Virus record (IMG/VR): IMGVR_UViG_3300037714_000021
Location: 1 to 46,577 of that record
Length of the DNA: 46,577 nt
Direction: 5' to 3' (one strand)
Source of the DNA: a virus
Taxonomy: Duplodnaviria; Caudoviricetes
Part shown: one piece after another, positions 27,320 through 35,002 of the stretch
Layout: each line of letters begins with the position of its first letter
Position numbering within the stretch: position 1 is the first letter of the stretch
Notes under the pieces: generated by a model
Seen by the model: only the letters and a program-made list of their open reading frames with translations
Database searches by the model: none
What the model was told of the DNA's origin: nothing
Translations under genes and position numbers: made by a program

Positions 27320-27816
27320 GCGTACTCGGCCCTGGTTTCCGATATGACTGCGAGATCATTAAGCCGAGCGGCGAGATCGAGCAGTTCACCGATTTCAACC
27401 TGCTCCCACAGGTGTCCATCGATCACATCGTTGGGCTGCTTCGGGGCGACGGTACTTCTCCCATCAGCTCGTGGTTCGTCGGGGTGTTCTCCGGCAACTA
27501 TGTACCCACCAGCGGCGTGACCTCGGCTGACCTCCCCGTGGTAGTGGGTGAGTCCACCGCGTACTCGCAGGCGACCCGCCCCGTGTGGACCCACGCTTAC
27601 GACGCCGTGTCTGTGGTCGACAACATCGCCAGCAAGGCAGTGTTCACGTTCACTGCGGCCACTACGCTGTACGGCGCGTTCATCGTGTCCAGTTCGGTCA
27701 AGGCCGGCAACACCGGTGTGCTGCTGTCGATCGCGCGGTTCAACACCCCGAAGACGATGGACATCGGGACTCAATTCTCTGTAGCCGCCGGCATCACGCT
27801 GGTTCCAACCACTTGA
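27316..27816 (+). CDS. Putative tail structural protein
   Basis: FNLLP..., WFVG.F, Y...RP.W, A.FTF....T.YGAF pattern; operonic overlap. Confidence 0.65.
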   Translation: MSVLGPGFRYDCEIIKPSGEIEQFTDFNLLPQVSIDHIVGLLRGDGTSPISSWFVGVFSGNYVPTSGVTSADLPVVVGESTAYSQATRPVWTHAYDAVSVVDNIASKAVFTFTAATTLYGAFIVSSSVKAGNTGVLLSIARFNTPKTMDIGTQFSVAAGITLVPTT

Positions 27817-27826
27817 GGGTAGCATC

Positions 27827-28270
27827 ATGGGCATGAAGATCAGCACTGGCCTAGCCAAAGCTATGTTGGACACTGGTAGCCTCGCTACCAACTTGACCGG
27901 CATGAAGTTGAAGATTTACGAAGGCACCGAGCCCGCTACCGCTGACGCCTCGCTTGGCGCCGCGGTGTTGCTCGTTACCATCAGCGACGCGGGTGGCGCA
28001 GGAGCGCTGTCGTTCGAGGCTGCTGCCGTCGGTAACGTCATCGAGAAGTTGTCCAGCCAAGTGTGGCAAGGCACCAACGCTGCGTCGGGCACTGCGTCGT
28101 TCTGCCGTCTGGAGCTGGCCTCTGATACCGGTGCGTCCAGCTCGACCGAGATCCGCGTGCAAGGTGACGTGGGTGTAGCGGGCAAGTTCCTCAACCTGTC
28201 GAGCGTGGCGCTGACCGCTTCTGCTGTTCAGGTGGTAGACTTCTTGTCGATCACTATGCCTACCTCGTAA
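27827..28270 (+). CDS. Putative tail structural protein
   Basis: LKIY.GT.PATADA, GTASF.RL, QGDVG....LNL pattern common in tail modules. Confidence 0.65.
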   Translation: MGMKISTGLAKAMLDTGSLATNLTGMKLKIYEGTEPATADASLGAAVLLVTISDAGGAGALSFEAAAVGNVIEKLSSQVWQGTNAASGTASFCRLELASDTGASSSTEIRVQGDVGVAGKFLNLSSVALTASAVQVVDFLSITMPTS

Positions 28271-28282
28271 CGGAGATACCCC

Positions 28283-30241
28283 ATGGCCAACCGGCTAAAA
28301 AAGCTGGCGGAAGTCCGCTACACGCCGGGTACGCCATACCAGCCTTACGTCCCTGGGTACTGCACCCTGGTGCCTACCACGGTGCCGGGGTATCAGACGT
28401 ACACCACGCAGTACGTTCTAGACTCCGAAGGGAACCTGGTCATCCTGCAGGACTCGAGTGGGTATGTCCCGCCGAGCACGACATATCGGCAGGTGTGTTT
28501 CGACTCGCAGCCTGCGGTAAACGCTACCTCCCCAACAATTACCTACACAGGCGTAACCGGGTGGAACGGTGGCGCGCGTAGTATCAACCAGCTCGACAAC
28601 GATGGGTACTACGAGTTCCAGATCCGCGACGTGCCGTCCGGCACCGTGGTTGGTTTGTCTATCACGGACTCGACCACCCTCCCGAGCGAGCCGACCCACG
28701 CGGTCTACGCACACAGCACCACCCTCGACATCATGGAGAGCGGCGTAGTTGTCCACACTGCGCCAGTGGCGCACGACTACGACAACACGTACCGCATCCA
28801 GCGCATAGGGTTGACAGTAACGTATTCCGGCCCAGGCTGGTCCTACGAGAGCTTGACCCCCGCGGCTGGCGCACGGTTCCTTGACGCTACTATGTACGCT
28901 AGTGGCGAGTTCGTGGATAACCCAACACTGACGCTGCTCGAGTTCTCTGGTACAGCCAGCGGGTCGTTGCGGTCGTTGCAGGGCTATGGGTATGGGCGGC
29001 AGTACGATGGTGTAACCACCGTAGAGGCGGTAGGCTCCCTTGCAGCTATGGACGGTCGCGGGTACGAAGGCACCGAGTACGCCGCGGCGTATGGCACCCT
29101 CGGAGCTATGCAAGGCGAGGCATCTGAGACCCCTTCGTATGCCGCGGCATACGGCACGCTGGGTACACTTACCGGCGAGGCGGGGGTTGTGTTTGTCACC
29201 AGCGGGGGCGGCACGCTCCAAGCGCTGGTTGGTGTAGCATCCGAGGGTGAGTACAACTACGGCGGTGGGTCGCTGCGGGCGCTCACAGGGACAGCCGATG
29301 GCGGCTACCCGCAGGTTAACCTGATCTTTGGCATTGGTTCGTTCTCCCCGATGGCCGGGGCCAGCCACGGGCTTACCGGCGAGGTCGGCACAGTCGTTGC
29401 TACGCTAGGGGCGCTGGGCGGCTGGGCGTCCGAAGGCCCATACGCAGAGGTGTTCGGTACGCTCGGTGCCATGCGCGGTTACGCAGACTCCGGCTGGCCT
29501 GTCCCTGGTGAGACGTACGCCCAGGAAGTCATGCTGGTAGGCGACTTCTTCCTCGCCCAAGACGTACAGCTCGGCTCCATAACCAGCTCGCTGGATGTGG
29601 GCGATTTCTTCGACGACGTGATTATTATCGAAGACGCTATCTACGACTCGCTCATGTTGTCGGACAGCGTTACTGCCACACAGGCGATCGAGGCTGTTAT
29701 CGCCATGTCCCTGTTGCTGGGTAACGACATCAGCAACCTGATCGACAGCCAAGAGACTAGCGCCGCCGGCCGGCTGATTGGTGCTGAGCCTGCGCAGTAC
29801 GCCGTGAACGTGCTGACCAGCGCGCTGACGAACTACAGTGGATTCAACTTCACCGCATTTGCGTCTGTAGACCAGACCTTGTACGGCGCCAAGGCAGACG
29901 GCGTGTACCGGGCACGAGCTGGTAATGACGACGGCACCAGCCTCAACGCCTACGTGGACTTCGGTACAACCGACTTCGGCGCCTCCACCGTCAAGTCGGT
30001 CGAGGCTATCTATCTGGGTGTGGCTACCGACGGCGAGCTGTACGCCCGTATGGAGTCCGGCACCAGCAACCGCCTGTATCGCGTAGTGCCGCGTGGCGAT
30101 ATGATGCGGGCTAAGCCAGCCAAGGGCGTCAACGCCAGGCTGTGGAACGTGTCGTTGGAGATCGTCGACGCTACTGAGTTCGAGTTGGACTTGGTTGAAA
30201 TTCAAGTGGGCGTGTCATCGCGCCGCTGGACATCGAGGTAA
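28283..30241 (+). CDS. Putative tail protein with Gly-rich repeats (652 aa)
   Basis: About nine G(S/T)L.A(M/L).G repeats; C-terminal YAVN.....TNY..FNF..F, TDFG....K domain. Confidence 0.65.
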   Translation: MANRLKKLAEVRYTPGTPYQPYVPGYCTLVPTTVPGYQTYTTQYVLDSEGNLVILQDSSGYVPPSTTYRQVCFDSQPAVNATSPTITYTGVTGWNGGARSINQLDNDGYYEFQIRDVPSGTVVGLSITDSTTLPSEPTHAVYAHSTTLDIMESGVVVHTAPVAHDYDNTYRIQRIGLTVTYSGPGWSYESLTPAAGARFLDATMYASGEFVDNPTLTLLEFSGTASGSLRSLQGYGYGRQYDGVTTVEAVGSLAAMDGRGYEGTEYAAAYGTLGAMQGEASETPSYAAAYGTLGTLTGEAGVVFVTSGGGTLQALVGVASEGEYNYGGGSLRALTGTADGGYPQVNLIFGIGSFSPMAGASHGLTGEVGTVVATLGALGGWASEGPYAEVFGTLGAMRGYADSGWPVPGETYAQEVMLVGDFFLAQDVQLGSITSSLDVGDFFDDVIIIEDAIYDSLMLSDSVTATQAIEAVIAMSLLLGNDISNLIDSQETSAAGRLIGAEPAQYAVNVLTSALTNYSGFNFTAFASVDQTLYGAKADGVYRARAGNDDGTSLNAYVDFGTTDFGASTVKSVEAIYLGVATDGELYARMESGTSNRLYRVVPRGDMMRAKPAKGVNARLWNVSLEIVDATEFELDLVEIQVGVSSRRWTSR

Positions 30242-30243
30242 GC

Positions 30244-31503
30244 ATGACCGTTCTCGTCCAAGACAGCTTCACGGATGCCACAGGCACACTGCTGGGTGAC
30301 CACACCGGGGAGACTAACGCCTCTTGGTTGAGCAACGCCAACTTCGGTTCTGGCAATGGTGATGCTGACGAGTTCATTATCAAGAGCAACAAGGTACGTC
30401 GGGTAAACTTCGACGACCCCGAAGGGTTCCCAAGCGGCACAGCTATTGCATACTCCGCGTCGTCTGCCGATGTAGACGTGGCGCTGCACTTCGACCTGAC
30501 GATGGATCTGACGTTCGAGGTCGGCGTCACCAACAGCCTGATGGGTATCTACTACAACGCCCAAGACACGGTTGGCTCGCCAGTACTTCTAGCCGAGTTC
30601 GGTAACACCTACGTAGATGTGATTATCGATGGGTCTACGGCGTTCGCGTTTACCGAAGGCGTTACCTATGTAGTAAGGGTCTCTCGTCGCGGCAACATCA
30701 TCATGGTGTTCGTAGATGACGCCATGATTGCTGCGGTTGAGGGGGTAGACCCGGTGGGCAAGATCGGCATGTCGATGTTTGATCAGTCCGCCGTGTCCTA
30801 TGTCACCGTTGATAACTGGTCCATGCAGTCGATCGATGGTATCGCGTACTACGACCAGTTCGACGGCACCGGCAGCTTGGACGGCTACACCAGCGACTCG
30901 GGCCACTCTTATGTGGCTATCTCCGGGAGCCCATTAACATCCCTCCTGCGCAGTAGTGGGCACCTTACAGGTGATTCCACGGTGAACACACGTGCCACAT
31001 TCTCCTCCGAGCTATTACCTGCGGGCAAAGCTAAGCTGGAATTTCTGGCGTCGCGTGAATCCGACGCGAGTACGTCGACGTGGCTCGTGCAGATGCTGTT
31101 GGTCCCGCCAGGCGCAACAGACCTGTTGTCCGGGGCGCGTTTCGGTGCATCATTCCGGTTCCTCGGCGGTACCACCGAGCTGTGGGTATACAACGGCGAC
31201 GGCACAGTCACGCAAGACATCAACGAGCTGGCTGGGACACCGAGCCCGCTAACCGGGGTGTTGTCACATATCGTCGTCGACTACGACGCCGGCACCAGCG
31301 AGATCGTTGTCGACCTCAACGGTGCGGAGGTCCACCGAGCTGTGATACCTGCGCTGGATACTGAAGGGTGGAAGCCCGCGCTGGCGGTTCGCATAGACGC
31401 TGCGGATAATGTACGCATGTACCACGCTATGGTAAGCGTTACTTCGCCACTGGCGCCGGAAGCGTTCTGGACCAACCGCATCCACACCCAGGAGATCATC
31501 TAA
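30244..31503 (+). CDS. Putative tail/receptor-binding protein with two related beta domains
   Basis: VQDSFTDATGTLLGDHT.ET..SW is echoed at ~30841 as YYDQFDGTGSLDGYTSDSGHSY. Confidence 0.6.
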   Translation: MTVLVQDSFTDATGTLLGDHTGETNASWLSNANFGSGNGDADEFIIKSNKVRRVNFDDPEGFPSGTAIAYSASSADVDVALHFDLTMDLTFEVGVTNSLMGIYYNAQDTVGSPVLLAEFGNTYVDVIIDGSTAFAFTEGVTYVVRVSRRGNIIMVFVDDAMIAAVEGVDPVGKIGMSMFDQSAVSYVTVDNWSMQSIDGIAYYDQFDGTGSLDGYTSDSGHSYVAISGSPLTSLLRSSGHLTGDSTVNTRATFSSELLPAGKAKLEFLASRESDASTSTWLVQMLLVPPGATDLLSGARFGASFRFLGGTTELWVYNGDGTVTQDINELAGTPSPLTGVLSHIVVDYDAGTSEIVVDLNGAEVHRAVIPALDTEGWKPALAVRIDAADNVRMYHAMVSVTSPLAPEAFWTNRIHTQEII

Positions 31504-32447
31504 TGGCTTACGACGAAACGACGGCGTTCCTGCAGGCCACCGCCGCGGATGCCCTGAACCAAGCGTCCAACAACGCCGCGCGGATCTACTCGCTGCCGCC
31601 TAAGCAGCCACTGCGTGAGCCGAATTTCAACGTGACGTTGACCAAGCCAATATTGGACGCGCCGCCGCAGCTCAGCGACCTGTTCACCGAGGGCGATACC
31701 ACCCAGGAGAACCTGCTGTGGCTGAACGAGCAAGCGGATGAGTGGATCGCCAAGTACTTCCCAGAGATCAACGGATGCTTCAAGACCCAGCCGGAAGAAA
31801 CCCTCTGCGCCATCATCAGCGGCTCGCGCCCGTTCGGCGTGGACAAGACCGTGTTCGAGCAGGTGTGGAACCAAGCCCGTGACCGGGCGTACCGCACCGC
31901 CAACAGCGAGACGGCCACACTCAACGCTGCGTTCTCCGCGCGTGGGTTCACCCTGCCATCGGGGGCTATGGTTGACCTCATCGCTGGTGCTGAGCGCAAG
32001 GCCACCGACGTGGTGCTGGATGTGAACCGCGACCAGGCTATGAAGGATGCCGACATCAAGGTGGATCTGCTCAAGGTTGCGCTGCAGCTCGCCACGCAGA
32101 TCAAGCTCGGCGTTATGTCGGCCATGGCGGACTTCTACCGCCTATGGGTGTCCCTGCCCGATAAGGACATCGAGCGCGCACGCATCCGGGCTCAGGCCAT
32201 GAGTGCGTTCTACTCGGCGCTGAGCAGCTACTACAACGTGGAGATAGCCTTCCAAGAGCTGACGCTACGGGCGGCTACAGCCGATGCTGGTGTGGACATC
32301 GACGTGGACCGCAACCGCTTGTCCCACGAGGGTCACTTCGGCGCAACAGCCAGCGCGCTAGGGCAGGCCGTCAGCTCGTTCGCCAACGTGGCGGCACAAG
32401 CTAGCGTAGCCGGTGGTTCGCTTACTGCCGAGATCGAGACCCTGTAA
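31503..32447 (+). CDS. Putative virion structural protein (helical, Ala-rich)
   Basis: Coupled TAATG start; F.ARGF.LP.GA motif; in the tail operon. Confidence 0.65.
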   Translation: MAYDETTAFLQATAADALNQASNNAARIYSLPPKQPLREPNFNVTLTKPILDAPPQLSDLFTEGDTTQENLLWLNEQADEWIAKYFPEINGCFKTQPEETLCAIISGSRPFGVDKTVFEQVWNQARDRAYRTANSETATLNAAFSARGFTLPSGAMVDLIAGAERKATDVVLDVNRDQAMKDADIKVDLLKVALQLATQIKLGVMSAMADFYRLWVSLPDKDIERARIRAQAMSAFYSALSSYYNVEIAFQELTLRAATADAGVDIDVDRNRLSHEGHFGATASALGQAVSSFANVAAQASVAGGSLTAEIETL

Positions 32448-34387
32448 TGGCGGTGATATACCGCCCGTTGGTAGCGGGCGCTGTATACCTGAAAAAGAAT
32501 GCGGAGCGATTGGGTCGCAAGCTGCTGGCTGGCGGCGCTGGTGCTATACACACGATCATCGACGGGTATCTGCTGCGTGGAGTCAAGGCCGGCGACAGCG
32601 CTATCGTCACGGCTATAGACTCCCAACGGTTTATTGCGGCTGCCTGGTGGGGGCATGTGTCTGGTAGTGGCATAGCTGCGTTCATAAATCTCGATCTACC
32701 AGACGCGGTCGGTCGCCTGTCTCCTGGATACGGCGGTGCGGCGCACCCAGCGTCGCTGTTGGGGTTCTATGCGTCTGACGGTATCGTCACTACTGCGGCT
32801 ACACCTGATGGTGACGAGCGCCGATACGGCACGTTCATGCAGGGGCCGCTGTCCATCTGCCGGTCTGCGCTACTCACCGGGGTACAGGCTCAGCGGTTCT
32901 CCGGCAGCACGAATGTCGGCTACATCACCCAGGTATTGAGGTGCAACGCGCCAGTAAAGCTCGAGACCGAGGCACCGCTGGGCATACCTACGTTCCACCT
33001 TATCCGGTCTTTGGACCCGTATACGGCAGGTGCTGGGCGGGTGAACCTTATTGAGATTGACGACGCTTCGCTCGGCATCCCTAGTATTGGTCCGGTGCTC
33101 GATAGGTTCTCTGGCCCAGCACTGGAGTTCGGCCCGCTGGATGGGTTGGTTACGTTTACCGCCTGGCAGCTAGACCCCAACGGGTTCTTCGATCGGCGCA
33201 TGTTCGTGGCGCGTTATCGCCTTATACCTGTGGAGCAGGACGACCAGCCGCCTAGCCTAGTGGCTGAGGTTGTGTGGTCGAAGAACGTGGGGGTAGATCG
33301 CCCCGTCGACGCGACCAACGCGGCTTGGTTCTACCCGCAAACGTGGAGTGGGTGGAGTACTGGCGCTGTAACACCGCCGGCAGTAGGCGAGAGCCCGCAA
33401 GTCATGGTGCTGGCGCAGGGGTTCCACACCCGACCGGAATCAGACCCAACACTGGTGACGGTGGGTGCAAGTCAAGTGGAGACGTACCTGCTGGCGTTCG
33501 ACTGGGCCACAGGCGACTTTACCAAGCAGACGCTGTACACCTTCGACACATGGCAGCTGAACTACGACGACCTGATCTACAAAGAGTACATCCCGTCTGC
33601 GCAACTGAGCGTCGATGGGCAACCGCTGCTGTTCAGCGCGGTGCGGAATGTGACCTATGAGATAACCCTCGGCACCCCGGACCGCAAGCACATACCGACC
33701 GACGCTATCTACACCAAACTCACGGACATAGAGCATGTACTGATTGACGCGGCTGGCACGCAGACGTTGGTGGACCTCACTGGCTACTTCATCGCGTATG
33801 GGACCAAGTGGCACACCGCGCCGATCCTCGGTACGGGTCGCTCGCAGTTCACCGGGTACTTCACCCAACACTTTGACACTGGTATAGGCACTGGGGGGCT
33901 GTTCGGTGAGTATGAGCCGGTGTTCCTCAACACCCTGGGCGACGCGCCGATGTTCAAGGCCGTATGCGAGTACGCCCCTGGTGTACTGGTCGCGGTTGTG
34001 TCTCCTGCGGCGCAGTACCTCGATGCTACCCAAGATCGTAGGTTGGCGCTAATCGATGTGGTTACGGCAGACATCATAGTTGTGTCAGACCCCATCTTGG
34101 GTGTGCCGCTCGAGATCGAGACCCAAGTGCAGTTATCCTGTTTCGAGCTTGGTGACTATGAAGACGGTGTTATAACCAGACACGCTGGGCTTATCGTAAC
34201 CTGTGGGGACACCACGATCGGAGGGGTGTTCGTAACCCACGACTTCGGCCTGACGCTTCGCCCGCTGGTCACGTCGACCATACTGCGCGGGCTCAACGTG
34301 CACTACCTGGGGTCCAACATCTCCCCGGCGGTGTTGGGGCGCAATACTGGCTCACCACCGATCAAGCCCCCGCCTATCACACCATAG
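32447..34387 (+). CDS. Hypothetical protein, probable tail component (646 aa)
   Basis: Coupled TAATG start; last gene of the late operon. Confidence 0.65.
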   Translation: MAVIYRPLVAGAVYLKKNAERLGRKLLAGGAGAIHTIIDGYLLRGVKAGDSAIVTAIDSQRFIAAAWWGHVSGSGIAAFINLDLPDAVGRLSPGYGGAAHPASLLGFYASDGIVTTAATPDGDERRYGTFMQGPLSICRSALLTGVQAQRFSGSTNVGYITQVLRCNAPVKLETEAPLGIPTFHLIRSLDPYTAGAGRVNLIEIDDASLGIPSIGPVLDRFSGPALEFGPLDGLVTFTAWQLDPNGFFDRRMFVARYRLIPVEQDDQPPSLVAEVVWSKNVGVDRPVDATNAAWFYPQTWSGWSTGAVTPPAVGESPQVMVLAQGFHTRPESDPTLVTVGASQVETYLLAFDWATGDFTKQTLYTFDTWQLNYDDLIYKEYIPSAQLSVDGQPLLFSAVRNVTYEITLGTPDRKHIPTDAIYTKLTDIEHVLIDAAGTQTLVDLTGYFIAYGTKWHTAPILGTGRSQFTGYFTQHFDTGIGTGGLFGEYEPVFLNTLGDAPMFKAVCEYAPGVLVAVVSPAAQYLDATQDRRLALIDVVTADIIVVSDPILGVPLEIETQVQLSCFELGDYEDGVITRHAGLIVTCGDTTIGGVFVTHDFGLTLRPLVTSTILRGLNVHYLGSNISPAVLGRNTGSPPIKPPPITP

Positions 34388-34685
34388 CGTGCCTACGCCG
34401 TAGGCGATCGTCTGCGGCAGTCCGGTTGTCCCACTGCTTCACGTCCTTGGCGCGCATGATCGTTATCACCACGCCGTCGCAGGCGATGAACACAGCGCCG
34501 CCAGGCGACACGAGGTAGTCGTAGTGCGCTGGCCACGTACCGACGCCCTGCGACCTCTCCCAGCCCCTCCTGAGCCGGTTGATCATTGCCTTGCTGGCGC
34601 GCTTGGATGCGTCGAACTCAGTATCGAGGTCGAGGTGGCCGCATCGCTGCTGCCACCGTGCGCGGGCGTGGGGGGTTAGCCACAT
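34377..34685 (-). CDS. Hypothetical protein with LT.HA..R..QR motif
   Basis: Coupled to the HNH stop; ends F....GVVITI as in DUF4258/RelE-like small proteins. Confidence 0.6.
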   Translation of the reverse strand: MWLTPHARARWQQRCGHLDLDTEFDASKRASKAMINRLRRGWERSQGVGTWPAHYDYLVSPGGAVFIACDGVVITIMRAKDVKQWDNRTAADDRLRRRHAMV

Positions 34686-35002
34686 CAGTTGAGCCCCGCA
34701 GTTGAATACAGCACGGCGTCACCTCGGATGGTGTTCTCTCGCACGGTCACAGGCTCCAAGTGCTCTGGGTTGCAGCACTGCCGATTTTTGCATAGGTGGT
34801 CTAGGACCAGCCCTGGCGCTATGGGGCCGTGGAACGCCTCGTATGTAACCCGGTGCGCCATCAGGCGCTTACCGTTGACCCATACGCGACCGTAGCCATT
34901 GCGGTTGATCTCGCCCTGCCACAGCCAGCATCCGGTATCTGTGTGCGGTTGCAGGCGCCCTACGGCGTTCTTTGGTAGTTGTACCGAGGTAGGGATAATC
35001 AT
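34685..35002 (-). CDS. HNH endonuclease
   Basis: CWLWQG...GYG...AHRV.YE...VLDHLC.NR.C.NP.HL...EN. Confidence 0.92.
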   Translation of the reverse strand: MIIPTSVQLPKNAVGRLQPHTDTGCWLWQGEINRNGYGRVWVNGKRLMAHRVTYEAFHGPIAPGLVLDHLCKNRQCCNPEHLEPVTVRENTIRGDAVLYSTAGLN

